Assembly: GCA_937902285.1 (NCBI GenBank)
Contig: CALGTB010000335.1
Location: 1-53,237, forward strand
Length of the DNA: 53,237 nucleotides
DNA from: an uncultured Actinomycetes bacterium
GTDB taxonomy: Bacteria > Actinomycetota > Actinomycetes > S36-B12
Reading direction: 5' to 3'
Under the pieces are notes generated by a model. It saw only the letters and a list, made by a program, of their open reading frames with translations, was not told the DNA's origin and made no database searches. Made by a program: the position numbers and the translations under genes. Within the stretch, counting starts at the first letter, position 1. Each line of letters opens with the position of its first letter. This document shows, piece after piece, positions 17,025 to 26,479 of this stretch.

Positions 17025-18242
17025 ATGGCAACGAGGGGTGCAGCGACCCAGGACGACGTGCGGCGACACAACCTCGCTCGCATGCTGCGCTACCTGCATG
17101 AGGCAGGGGCGAGCAGTCGCTCCGAGCTGGTGGCCTTCACCGGGCTGAATCGCAGCACGGTGGGGGTCCTCGTCTCGGAGCTCGCCGAGGTGGGACTCGT
17201 CTACGAGGGTGCCGGATCGGCCGGACAGGTCGGACGGCCGTCGCTGATGGTTCAGCCGGTTCCCGGCTCGGCGGTCGTCGTCGCCTTCGACATCCGCGTC
17301 GAGCGCACCGTCGTCGCGGTCGTCGGCCTCGGCGGCCGCGTCCTGCTGCGCAAGGAGCAGCGCCACCGCCGGGCGAACTTCACCCCTGAGGCAGCGGTGC
17401 GCAACATCGTCACCCTCACCGCCCAGGCCCTCGACACGGCCCCGGCGGGAGCGGCCTGGGTGGGCGTCGGGATCGGCGTGCCGGGCATCGTCGACCATGC
17501 CGATGGCCGCATCCGGCTGGCACCGAACCTCGGCTGGGTCGACGTGCCGCTGGGCGACCTCGTCCGGCAGGCCCTCACCGCGGAGTTCGCTGCCGTCCCG
17601 TCGGTGTCGGTGGGCAACGACGCCGATCTCGGCGCCATCGCGGAGTTCACGCGCGGGGTCGGAGCGCACTGCCGCAACCTCATGTACGTGTCCGGTGAGG
17701 TCGGCATCGGCGGCGGCGTCATCATCGACGGCAGGATCATGTCGGGGGCCGGCGGCTACGGCGGCGAGGTGGGCCACATGGTCGTCAACCCGTCGGGGGT
17801 CCTCTGCCGCTGCGGGGCCACGGGCTGCTGGGAGACCGAGATCGGTCGCGACGCGGTGGTGCGCGCGGCGGGCCTCGGCGGCGAGCAGGTCGAGGTCGCC
17901 GATGTCATCGCCGCCGCGTCATCGGGGAACAGGGCGGCGCAGGCGGCGGTCGACGAGGTCGGGATCTGGCTGGGCATCGGGCTCACCAACCTGGTCAACC
18001 TCTTCAACCCGGAGGTCGTGGTGCTGGGCGGGCACCTGAGGCTGCTCCTGCCGCTGGTCAGCGGCGCCGTCTTCCGTCAGCTCCACTTCGCGCTCCCCGC
18101 GGCACGCGAGCAGGTGCGGGTCGAGGTCCCCTCGCTGAGCGGGGACAGCACGCTGCTGGGGGCCGCCGAGTCGGCGTTCGGCGCGTTGCTGGCCGACCCC
18201 ATCGGCGAGCTCGCACGCTCGCAGCACGCTGCGGCGTCCTGA
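17025..18242 (+). CDS. ROK-family transcriptional regulator (probable xylose repressor)
   Basis: N-terminal wHTH (VRRHNLARMLRYLHEAGASSRSELVAFTGLNRSTV) plus a ROK sugar-kinase-like domain with CRCGATGCWE. Confidence 0.85.
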   Translation: MATRGAATQDDVRRHNLARMLRYLHEAGASSRSELVAFTGLNRSTVGVLVSELAEVGLVYEGAGSAGQVGRPSLMVQPVPGSAVVVAFDIRVERTVVAVVGLGGRVLLRKEQRHRRANFTPEAAVRNIVTLTAQALDTAPAGAAWVGVGIGVPGIVDHADGRIRLAPNLGWVDVPLGDLVRQALTAEFAAVPSVSVGNDADLGAIAEFTRGVGAHCRNLMYVSGEVGIGGGVIIDGRIMSGAGGYGGEVGHMVVNPSGVLCRCGATGCWETEIGRDAVVRAAGLGGEQVEVADVIAAASSGNRAAQAAVDEVGIWLGIGLTNLVNLFNPEVVVLGGHLRLLLPLVSGAVFRQLHFALPAAREQVRVEVPSLSGDSTLLGAAESAFGALLADPIGELARSQHAAAS

Positions 18243-18243
18243 C

Positions 18244-19095
18244 GTGCCCGGGATCGACGAGGTCGTCCTCTGCGTCGACGACGTCGAGATCAGGATCGAC
18301 CTGACGCGCGGAGCGCGGGCCACGTCCTGGACGGTCGGCGACCTCTCACTGCTGGCCGCCTACGGGCCTGAGCCGGTGCAGTACGGGATGTACCCGATGG
18401 CCCCCTGGGCGGGCCGGCTGCGCGACAACGCCGTCGTGGTCGACGGTCAGGCGCACGTGCAGCCCACGACGCACGACGAGTGGGCCCTCCACGGAACGGT
18501 CCTTGCCGCACGGGTGGAGGCGGTGGAGCACGACAGCGCGCCCGGGCATGCCCGGCTCCTCGCTCGTGCCACGGAGCATCCCGGCTGGCCGTGGCCGACG
18601 CAGGTCGACATCGAGTGGGATCTCAGGCCGCGAGCACTCACCACGACGATCACGGTCCACGCCCTCGACACGGCGTTCCCGTCGGTCGTGGGCTGGCACC
18701 CCTGGTTCGCGCGCACGCTCAGCCGCGGCTCGGCGGTCGAGTGGACACTGGCCGCGACCGGCATGGCCGAGCGTGGCGACGACTACCTGCCCACGGGGCG
18801 GCTCCTGCCGTACGACCCCGCCCTAGGCCCCTTCGACGATGCGTTCGAGGTCCCGGACGGGCGGGCCCTCGTCCGATGGCCGGAGGCCCTGGACATCGAG
18901 ATCTCCGGAGACGGTCCGTGGTTCGTCGTGTTCGACCAGCTGTCCGTTGCCGCGTGCATCGAGCCGCAGAGTGGTCCGCCGAACGGTCTCAATGACGGGG
19001 TCGGCCGCCCGGTGCCGAGGGCGGCGCCGGGGCGGCCTCACCGGATGACGACGACCTGGGTCATGCGAGATGGCCTGCCGCAGGGAGCAGGCTGA
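18244..19095 (+). CDS. Aldose 1-epimerase family protein
   Basis: GTG 1 nt after the ROK stop. MYPMAPWAGRL...HG motif pattern of mutarotase-like proteins. Confidence 0.7.
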   Translation: MPGIDEVVLCVDDVEIRIDLTRGARATSWTVGDLSLLAAYGPEPVQYGMYPMAPWAGRLRDNAVVVDGQAHVQPTTHDEWALHGTVLAARVEAVEHDSAPGHARLLARATEHPGWPWPTQVDIEWDLRPRALTTTITVHALDTAFPSVVGWHPWFARTLSRGSAVEWTLAATGMAERGDDYLPTGRLLPYDPALGPFDDAFEVPDGRALVRWPEALDIEISGDGPWFVVFDQLSVAACIEPQSGPPNGLNDGVGRPVPRAAPGRPHRMTTTWVMRDGLPQGAG

Positions 19096-20161
19096 CCCGC
19101 GACCCCGTGGCCGCGGACTCGCGCGCCGCGTCGAGCACCCGGAGGTTCGCGATGACGTCGGCGAGCTGGACGGGCGGTTCTGCATCGCCGCGCAGGGCGG
19201 CGTCGACCTGCGCATAGAACGTCGGCCAGGAGCCGTGCTCGAGCGGGCGACGGGTACGGGTCATGACGCTGGTCTGGTCGTAGAGCCGGAGATCCGCCTC
19301 GGTGCCGTCCGGCTCGACGCCCCACTCGCCCGTGCCGTCCGGAAGGAGGCCGCCGACGAGCGCCGCCTCCTGCGAGTCGCTGGCATCGATCCGGAGCCCG
19401 CCACGGGTTCCGTAGAGCGTGAACCGCGGGCCGGCGAAGGCACCGACCTGGCTCACCGTCAGCACGCTGACGGCTCCCGACTCGTGCTCGAGCAGCATCG
19501 TGACGTCGTCGTCCGTCGCACCGGGGCTGCGCACCGACCGGACCGACGCCGTGACCGCGACGACCGGCCCCATGAGCAGCAGGGCCTGGTCGACCACGTG
19601 GGCTCCGAGGTCGTACAGCATGCCGCCCATGTCGCGCGGATCGGTGGAGTCGCGCCATCCGCCCTTGGGCACCACGCGCATCCGCTCGATGCGCGACTCG
19701 AATCGGTGCACGGTGCCGAGGTCGCCTGAATCGGCGACGGCGACGAGGGTGAGGAAGTCGCTGTCCCAGCGGCGGTTCTGGAAGGGCACGAGGAGGAGGC
19801 CGTGCTCGGACGCCAGGACTCCGAGAGCCGTCGCGGCGGACGCCGTCGGCGCGATGGGCTTGTCCAGCACCACGTTGAGGCCGGAGCCCAGGGCCGCCGT
19901 CGCGTAGTCGACGTGCGTGACATTGGCCGTGCTGATGACGGCCAGGTCGTGCCCCCCGGACCATGCCTGCTCCGGGGAGTCGTAGATGACGGCATCGGGG
20001 TAGGCAGAGCGCGCCTGGGCCTGCCGGTCGGGGTCCCCCGTGACGATCGCGTCGAGGGACAGGCCGGGGGTGGTCGAGACCAGCGGACCGTGGAAGACGC
20101 GGCCGCCGAGGCCGTACCCGAGGAGGACGACGGACAGGGGTGAGGGGCTCAGGTCGGTCAT
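19061..20161 (-). CDS. Gfo/Idh/MocA family oxidoreductase
   Basis: N-terminal Rossmann VVLLGYGLGGRVFH and C-terminal Gfo/Idh/MocA-type dimerisation domain. Confidence 0.85.
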   Translation of the reverse strand: MTDLSPSPLSVVLLGYGLGGRVFHGPLVSTTPGLSLDAIVTGDPDRQAQARSAYPDAVIYDSPEQAWSGGHDLAVISTANVTHVDYATAALGSGLNVVLDKPIAPTASAATALGVLASEHGLLLVPFQNRRWDSDFLTLVAVADSGDLGTVHRFESRIERMRVVPKGGWRDSTDPRDMGGMLYDLGAHVVDQALLLMGPVVAVTASVRSVRSPGATDDDVTMLLEHESGAVSVLTVSQVGAFAGPRFTLYGTRGGLRIDASDSQEAALVGGLLPDGTGEWGVEPDGTEADLRLYDQTSVMTRTRRPLEHGSWPTFYAQVDAALRGDAEPPVQLADVIANLRVLDAARESAATGSRVSLLPAAGHLA

Positions 20162-20252
20162 GGTGCGAGTAAATCAGTCGGAGCCCGCACGGACGAGCGC
20201 GACCGGCGCTCGGCGAGTAGGTTCGGGGCCATCAGACCTAGTGGAGGATGAC

Positions 20253-20990
20253 ATGCCGTACGCAACGCGCGACCTGACCGGGACCGTCGTGGCCATCACC
20301 GGAGCCACGGCGGGGATCGGCGCGGCTGCCGCCTCGCAGCTCGTCGAGGCCGGGGCGAAGGTGGTGCTCGGCGGACGTCGCGAGGAGCGGCTCGACGAGG
20401 CGATCGCGCGCCTGGGCTCCGAGAACGCGCTCGGCGTGGTCATGGACGTGCAGAGCGCCGACGACTGCCGGCGGCTCGTCGACGCGGCCGTGTCGACCTT
20501 CGGTCGACTCGACTCCATCGTCCCCAATGCCGGGATCGGCCTGTACGGGTCGATCCTCGACCACAGTGACGACGAGGTGCGCCGGATGATGCACACCAAC
20601 TACGACGGCACGGTGTGGGCGGTTCGTGCGGCGGTGCCCGCGATGCTCGAGACGACGGGTGGCGGTGACATCGTCATCGTGTCGTCGGTGGCCGGGCTCC
20701 GTGGCGGTGACGACGAGGCCGTGTACGCCGGCACGAAGTTCGCCCAGGTGGGCCTCGCGGGAGCACTCGATCGCGAACTGCGCGAGAAGGGGATCCGCGT
20801 GACGGCGGTGTGCCCCGCCGGCACCGGCACCGAGTTCGCGGTCGGGACGGGTCGCGTCGAGAACGATCCGAGGTTCGCCGAGTGGCTGACGGCCGATGAC
20901 GTGGCCCACGCCGTGACCACGGTGCTGATGCAGCCGCGCACGGTGCGCACGACCCTGTGGGCCCTGTGGTCCATGGGCCAGCAGAGCTAG
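20253..20990 (+). CDS. Short-chain dehydrogenase/reductase (SDR)
   Basis: TGATAGIG, NAG, S...YAGTKFA catalytic motif. ATG follows ggagga. Confidence 0.9.
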   Translation: MPYATRDLTGTVVAITGATAGIGAAAASQLVEAGAKVVLGGRREERLDEAIARLGSENALGVVMDVQSADDCRRLVDAAVSTFGRLDSIVPNAGIGLYGSILDHSDDEVRRMMHTNYDGTVWAVRAAVPAMLETTGGGDIVIVSSVAGLRGGDDEAVYAGTKFAQVGLAGALDRELREKGIRVTAVCPAGTGTEFAVGTGRVENDPRFAEWLTADDVAHAVTTVLMQPRTVRTTLWALWSMGQQS

Positions 20991-20999
20991 TCCGTCACG

Positions 21000-21055
21000 G
21001 AATCCTGCAGTTCGCGTCACAAGGCGCGCCCGTTGTGACGGGAAGTGCAGGATTC
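21000..21055. repeat. Imperfect palindromic intergenic repeat (copy 2 of 2), between convergent genes
   Basis: gaatcctgcagttcgcgtcacaa-ggcgcgcccg-ttgtgacgggaagtgcaggattc. The left arm matches 740-762 at 22/23 positions. Confidence 0.75.
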
Positions 21056-21059
21056 GGCG

Positions 21060-22703
21060 TCAGGCCGGGTCGGACCAGCGCGGCGACGTCGTGCGGGGCG
21101 GGAACAGCCGCTCCTTCCAGACGATCATGCGGGGCTCGCCGCGCAGGTTGGCCTCATGCGCCTGCGCCAGCGCCGCCGGCAGCTCGCCCACCTCGCCCAC
21201 CGTGTGCACGGCGATCCCGAACGCCGACCCCAGTGCATGCCATTCCGGGGTGAGCAGGTCGACCCCGCGCTCCGGATGGCCGAACACCTGCTGGTCGAAG
21301 CGCAGCATCCCGTAGCCGCCGTCATCGACCACGAGCAGCGTGATCGGCAGGGACTCCTGCGCGTAGGTGGCGAGCTCCCCCAGCGCGAACATGGGACCGC
21401 CGTCGCCGCACACGGCCAGGGTCGGGATGCCGACCGACGCGGGGCCGATCGCGGCGGGGAGCGCGAAGCCCAGCGTGCCCCAGCCCACGGGGTACTGCAG
21501 GCGCCGGGGACGGGTCTGACTGCTGTAGCCGCCGTACCAGTAGCCCGCGACCGCCATGTCGCAGACGACGGCACCGTCCGCCGGCCACGCGTGGTCGATG
21601 GCCTCGACCATCCGCATGGCGTCGACGGTGCGCGCGTCGGCGAGGATGCGGTCGATGATCGCCGGTCGCAGGGACGCGACGTCCGTCCACGCCTGACGCG
21701 GCTCGACTCCGAGGTCGTCCAGTGCCTCCGCGAGCGAAGCCAGTGCCTCCGCCACGTCGGCGCTGATGAGGCAGTCGAAGTCGATGGTCTGCTCGATCTG
21801 TGCGCCGAGGGTGATGGCGGCCCGGCGCGCCGGCAGCGGGAGTCGCCAGTTCATGGTGTTCATGCCGTCGAAGGACGAGCCGAGCACGATGAGCAGGTCG
21901 GCCTCGCCGACCAGGCGCGACACCTCCGGCTCGTGCACCGGAGCGCCCACGAGCAGCGGATCACCCGCCAGCAGGCCGCGACCGGCGTAGCTCGTCACGA
22001 CGGGCGCTCCGAGCCGGTGCGCGAGCGCCGCGGCTGCCGCCTCGGCGCCGGCGGCCACCACCCCGCCGCCCAGCCAGAGGACGATGCGGGGAGACGCGTG
22101 GATCAGCTCGGCAAGCTCGCCGATGCGGTGGGCATCGGCCCGGGGCGCGGGCAGGCGCGGGATGTGCGGGATGGCCGCCGACCACGTCTCGCCGAGCACG
22201 TCCGAGGGGATCCCCACGTAGCTCGCCTGCGGCGGCGACCCCCAGGCATCCCGCAGGGCCAGCACGGTCGAGGCCATGGCCTCCTGCCGGGTGCGGGCGG
22301 TGCGCGACGGAGCCCCGAACGACGCGAACATGGCTCCCTGGTCGGCCATCTCGTGCAGCAGCCCGCGCGGACCGGACGACGAGCGCAGCGCATGGCTCGG
22401 CTCGCTCGCGATGACCATGACGGGGGATCCGCTGACGAAGGCCTCTCCGAAGGCGCCCAGCACGTTCGCCGCCCCGGGCCCGGAGGTGAGCAGGGCCAGG
22501 CCGGGGACACCCGTCGCCCGCGCGAGGCCGTCGGCCGCGTAGCCGGCGGCCTGCTCATGCCGGACCCCGATGATGCGCGGGGCTTCGGACGCGTCGGTGT
22601 CCCAGAACGGGAGGTTGTGCACCCCGGGTACGCCGAAGGCGCGCGTGACGCCGTGACGTCCGAGCAGCTCCAGGATGGCGGACGCGACGGACGGACCCGT
22701 CAT
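21060..22703 (-). CDS. Thiamine-diphosphate enzyme of the acetolactate-synthase/2-oxoacid-decarboxylase superfamily
   Basis: N-terminal Pyr domain (GVPGVHNLPFWD...HEQAAGYAADGLAR...SGPGAANV). C-terminal PP domain GDGGPMFALGELATYAQESLPITLLVVDDGGYG. Start overlaps the upstream stop (ATGA). Confidence 0.85.
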   Translation of the reverse strand: MTGPSVASAILELLGRHGVTRAFGVPGVHNLPFWDTDASEAPRIIGVRHEQAAGYAADGLARATGVPGLALLTSGPGAANVLGAFGEAFVSGSPVMVIASEPSHALRSSSGPRGLLHEMADQGAMFASFGAPSRTARTRQEAMASTVLALRDAWGSPPQASYVGIPSDVLGETWSAAIPHIPRLPAPRADAHRIGELAELIHASPRIVLWLGGGVVAAGAEAAAAALAHRLGAPVVTSYAGRGLLAGDPLLVGAPVHEPEVSRLVGEADLLIVLGSSFDGMNTMNWRLPLPARRAAITLGAQIEQTIDFDCLISADVAEALASLAEALDDLGVEPRQAWTDVASLRPAIIDRILADARTVDAMRMVEAIDHAWPADGAVVCDMAVAGYWYGGYSSQTRPRRLQYPVGWGTLGFALPAAIGPASVGIPTLAVCGDGGPMFALGELATYAQESLPITLLVVDDGGYGMLRFDQQVFGHPERGVDLLTPEWHALGSAFGIAVHTVGEVGELPAALAQAHEANLRGEPRMIVWKERLFPPRTTSPRWSDPA

Positions 22704-24247
22704 GCGCGCGACTCGAACATCCCGAGCACGGCGGCGATGCCCAGCACGCTCCGGGGTGCGTAGGCCGCACGCCACAGGCCTCCGTGGTTGGCCGCCTGCG
22801 CGAAGAGGTCCATCGGGTTGTCGAGCGGGGTCGCCGGGCTCGCGGCGGCGGCCGGGTTGCGCAGGTCGTGCACGAGCAGCGCGGCCATGAGGGTGGTGGA
22901 CGTCGACGGGTCGAACACCTCGACGCCGAAGCGGCCCGCGCCGGCGTAGGCCGCCGCGAGTGCGCGGTTCTTGACGACGGACTGCGTCCGGGTGGCGGGC
23001 GCGAGGTTGAGCGAGACGGGGGTGCCGGAGGCGCGGGCCGCGAGCGCGCGCCAGCGCTGGAGCCGCTTGGCGAGGGCGTAGTTCGGCCCTTGCTGCGAGA
23101 CGAGGGAGTCGTTGATCCCGAACGGGATGCCGGCCTCGGTCGTGTACGAGTGAGGGTAGTTCGGCTCGAACTGCCGGAGCAGGCGCAGTGGGCTCTGCAG
23201 CAGCCCGCTGACGCCGCGGGACTCCCACCGCCTGCGCGACTCCTCGACGGCGCTCATCGGCACCATGAAGACGTCGGTCGGGGTGGCGAGGTACGCCAGC
23301 GTGATGTCGCCGCGTCGCGAGAGCAGGTCGGCGGCGATCGCGTCGGCGGCCATGGACAGCAGGACGTGCACGGCGCCGTCGGCGTACGCGTAGGTGCCGA
23401 GGACGAAGGGCTGCTCCGTCTCGTTCAGCCACGTGCCCAGCTCGGGGGTCTGGCGCACGAGATCGGCGCCGGCGCTGGCTGCCACGGTGGAGTCGTCCTC
23501 GGGATGCACGAGCCCGTCGAGCACGAAGGGCGCCGCGCCGCTGTCGGACAGGCGGATCGGGATGCGCAGTGATCCCGCGGTGCTGCGGGTGGTCGCGATG
23601 AGCCGCTCCCAGAGCGCGGGACGGGGCAGGTCGACCGCATGCACGCGGGCCCCCCACCGGAGCAGTGACCTCGTGGGCCCCATCTCCGCGCCAGCGCCGA
23701 GGATCGCGATGTCGACGTCGTGGAGGTCGAGCCAGTCGGGGTTGTCGAGCAGCAGGTGCAGTGCCTCGGCGAACCCCGGCTCGGCGACGCCGTCGACGAC
23801 CCACTGGTCGATCTGCCGTCGCAGGTCGTCACCGAACAGCCGGCGGCCCTGGTAGGGGAGCGACACCTCGGTCTCGCGGGGGCTGGCGCCGCGGACCGTC
23901 ACCGATCCGAAGCGCGGGTCACGGTAGCGGTCCATGGCCTGCTGCAGCGTGGACTGCTGGCCGTCCCGCGTGAACGTGAAGCGGCGGTGCGCGGAGTCGA
24001 GCCCGTCGACGGAGACGCTCACTGCGGCGGTCGGAGTCATGGCGGCGGCCTGCACGATGTCCCTCAGCGGGCGGATGTACCCCGTCCGCCAGTCGGAGGT
24101 GTGCTCGATCCGGGCCGCGAGGTCGGGATCGATCCGGCGCACCGAATCGGCGAAGATCGCCCGACCCGTGCCGGTGGTGCTGCGCCGGCCGTCGCCGCCC
24201 TCCGGGAACGACACGCCTGCCTTGTCGGGGCGTGCCGAGTCGCTCAC
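22700..24247 (-). CDS. Hypothetical 515-aa protein, family not recognisable by eye; possible Rossmann-type NAD(P)-binding core
   Basis: Continuous coding-like frame between two well-defined genes. GTG 24247 lies 23 nt after the decarboxylase stop. DIAILGAGAEMGPTRSLLRWGARVHAVDL resembles a beta-alpha-beta dinucleotide fold. NYALAK (Y-x3-K) occurs about 200 aa later. Confidence 0.65.
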   Translation of the reverse strand: MSDSARPDKAGVSFPEGGDGRRSTTGTGRAIFADSVRRIDPDLAARIEHTSDWRTGYIRPLRDIVQAAAMTPTAAVSVSVDGLDSAHRRFTFTRDGQQSTLQQAMDRYRDPRFGSVTVRGASPRETEVSLPYQGRRLFGDDLRRQIDQWVVDGVAEPGFAEALHLLLDNPDWLDLHDVDIAILGAGAEMGPTRSLLRWGARVHAVDLPRPALWERLIATTRSTAGSLRIPIRLSDSGAAPFVLDGLVHPEDDSTVAASAGADLVRQTPELGTWLNETEQPFVLGTYAYADGAVHVLLSMAADAIAADLLSRRGDITLAYLATPTDVFMVPMSAVEESRRRWESRGVSGLLQSPLRLLRQFEPNYPHSYTTEAGIPFGINDSLVSQQGPNYALAKRLQRWRALAARASGTPVSLNLAPATRTQSVVKNRALAAAYAGAGRFGVEVFDPSTSTTLMAALLVHDLRNPAAAASPATPLDNPMDLFAQAANHGGLWRAAYAPRSVLGIAAVLGMFESRA

Positions 24248-24270
24248 TCTCGGAGAATAGCCAATCGCCG

Positions 24271-25692
24271 TCAGTGATCCGCGCAGATGGCGGAGCCGAT
24301 CTCGGCCGCGACGGCCAGAGTGACCCGGACGTCCTCCTCCGTGGTGCGGAAGTTCGTGAAGCAGGGACGCAGCCAGATCCGGTCGTCGATCACCGCGGGC
24401 GAGATGTAGACCCGGCCGTCGTGCTGCATCGCCCGGCACAGGGCCTCGTTGTGGCGGTCGAGGTCGGCGCACCCCGGGGGAGCGTGCCGGATCGGGACGA
24501 TCGAGAGCTGGGGTCGGTGCTCGCGGGTCTCGAAGTCGGGATGGTCGGTCGCGAGGTCGAACAGCAGCTGGGCCTGGCGCAGGTTCCCCTCGATCGCGTC
24601 CCTGAAGGCCTGTGCTCCGTGCACGCGCAGCGCCAGCCACAGCTTGAGCGCGCGCAGCGGGCGCGAGTACTCCAGCGTCACGTCGACGGCGTTGAGCTCG
24701 TCGTCCTCGTGCGGGATGTAGTCCTCGTTGTGGGAGAACGCGGCGGCCAGGTCGGCCGTGCGGCGCACGAGCAGCGCGCTGCAGGCCTTGGGGACGAACA
24801 TCCACTTGTGCGCGTCGACGCTGAGGGAGTCCACGCGGTCGAGTCCGCTGAACCGGGGCGCGGTGCTCGCGGCGGCTGCGGCCGGGAGCCCGTACGCGCC
24901 GTCGACGTGCAGCCAGACGCCGCGGAGCTCGCACACGTCGGCGATCGCGTCGATGGGGTCGACCGCTCCGGTGAGGGTCGTGCCCGCGGTCGCGACCACG
25001 GCGATGGGGGTGATGCCCGCAGCCGTGTCGGCATCGATCATCCGGGCCAGATCGGGCGTCGACATGCGGCGTCGGACGTCGATGGGCACCGGGCGCACAT
25101 TGTCCTTCCCGATCCCCAGCAGCTCGGCAGCCCGCGTGACGGAGTAGTGCGCCTCGGCCGAGCAGTAGAGCGCGACCCGGCGATCTCCCATGCCTGTGGC
25201 CCTGCTGCCGGGCAGTGCGCGCTCGCGAGCGGCCGCCAGGGCAGTGATGTTGCTGATGGTGCCGCCGCTCGTGAACGATCCCGCGGTGGCGGGGAAGCCC
25301 AGGAACTGCGCGAGCCAGGCGATGGCCCGGTTCTCGAGCTGCGTGGCGCCGCGGGCGTCGAGGGCCAGATTGATGTCGTACGAGTGCGCGAGGAGGTCGG
25401 CCAGCGCGCCCACCTCGAGGCCGCTCGACCCGATGTAGGCGAGGTAGCGGGGCCGGGACTGCGCCAGCGACGCGTCGAGCACGTCGGCCGCGAGGTCGAG
25501 ATCGCGGATGACCTCCCCTGGCTGCTCGGGCAGCGGCTCGTCGAGCATGGCCAGGAGCTCGGGCGACGGGATGGTCTCGACCTCCCGCGCCTCGTCGAAC
25601 TCGAGCCACGCCCGGGCGACGAGTCGGGCCGCGTGCTCGAGCGCGGGCATCCGCTGCTCGCCCAGCGACAGGGATCCTGGTCGATCGGGCAT
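24271..25692 (-). CDS. Pyridoxal-phosphate-dependent (group II) amino-acid decarboxylase
   Basis: SGGTISNITAL, HVDGAYG, SVDAHKW (PLP lysine). ATG 25692 is preceded by ggaggg. An alternative ATG at 25710 overlaps the upstream stop (ATGA). Confidence 0.9.
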   Translation of the reverse strand: MPDRPGSLSLGEQRMPALEHAARLVARAWLEFDEAREVETIPSPELLAMLDEPLPEQPGEVIRDLDLAADVLDASLAQSRPRYLAYIGSSGLEVGALADLLAHSYDINLALDARGATQLENRAIAWLAQFLGFPATAGSFTSGGTISNITALAAARERALPGSRATGMGDRRVALYCSAEAHYSVTRAAELLGIGKDNVRPVPIDVRRRMSTPDLARMIDADTAAGITPIAVVATAGTTLTGAVDPIDAIADVCELRGVWLHVDGAYGLPAAAAASTAPRFSGLDRVDSLSVDAHKWMFVPKACSALLVRRTADLAAAFSHNEDYIPHEDDELNAVDVTLEYSRPLRALKLWLALRVHGAQAFRDAIEGNLRQAQLLFDLATDHPDFETREHRPQLSIVPIRHAPPGCADLDRHNEALCRAMQHDGRVYISPAVIDDRIWLRPCFTNFRTTEEDVRVTLAVAAEIGSAICADH

Positions 25693-25706
25693 GGCAGACC
25701 CTCCGG

Positions 25707-26072
25707 TCATGTGGGCGGGGCCCCGGTGGCGAGCAGAGCGAGGGCCGCGATGGCGATCGCCGTCGCGGCGCCGGCGAGGATCGCGGCCGGGGTGGCGTGC
25801 ACGGTCCGGACCCCGGCCAGCATGTCGGCCGCGGCGCGACGCCAGGCCCGCCGGGTCAGGATGCCGTTGGCGAGCAGCAGGAGGGCACTCGACAGCAGGA
25901 CGACGGCACTGGCGAAGGCCGGGCCGTCGAGCACGACCGATCGCACCCCGACGAGTCCGATCACCCCCGCGAAGGCCATGAGGGTCCGGCTCCAGGCGAG
26001 GCCTGTGCGCGCGGCCGCCAGGCCGAGGTCCTCGTCGCCGGGTGAAGCGCCCTGGGGGTGGGCCGCGCTCAC
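25707..26072 (-). CDS. DUF202 (YidH-like) membrane protein
   Basis: AAARTGLAWSRTLMAF motif plus three hydrophobic helices. GTG start overlaps the upstream stop (GTGA). Confidence 0.65.
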   Translation of the reverse strand: MSAAHPQGASPGDEDLGLAAARTGLAWSRTLMAFAGVIGLVGVRSVVLDGPAFASAVVLLSSALLLLANGILTRRAWRRAAADMLAGVRTVHATPAAILAGAATAIAIAALALLATGAPPT

Positions 26073-26476
26073 AGGGCGAGCACCACTGCGGCGATGGCGA
26101 CGAGGGCGAGCACGGCGATGCCGAAGGCGAGCATCGGTGCGACGCGCCACGGCGGTATCCCCTGCTGCGTGCGGAGGGCGCGCTCGACCGACACCCACCG
26201 GAACCAGCTGGCGGCGCCGATGGCACCGCCCAGGACGATGAGGCCCGCGGACAGCAGGACGGCCAGGCCGCGGGACATCTGCGTGGACACGAAGGTGGCG
26301 ACGCCGATCCCGACGGCGATGAGTCCGAGCGAGGTGCGGATCCATGCGAGGAACGTGCGCTCGTTGGCGAGCGAGAAGCGCGGATCCGGATCGGTGCCGT
26401 CCGGGAGGAGGCGTCCGGCCCAGCTCGCCCGCTCTGGCTTGTCGTCCACGCTCCCGAGGATAGCGATGGCCGGCAC
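26069..26476 (-). CDS. DUF202 (YidH-like) membrane protein
   Basis: LANERTFLAWIRTSLGLIAVG signature plus three TM helices. Confidence 0.75.
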   Translation of the reverse strand: MPAIAILGSVDDKPERASWAGRLLPDGTDPDPRFSLANERTFLAWIRTSLGLIAVGIGVATFVSTQMSRGLAVLLSAGLIVLGGAIGAASWFRWVSVERALRTQQGIPPWRVAPMLAFGIAVLALVAIAAVVLAL

Positions 26477-26479
26477 CTG

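Noticed and set aside
15174-17777. 867-aa minus-strand ORF
   Set aside because: It runs antisense to the well-supported ABC ATPase, permease and ROK genes. Its composition (R/D/G/A/H runs) is not protein-like.
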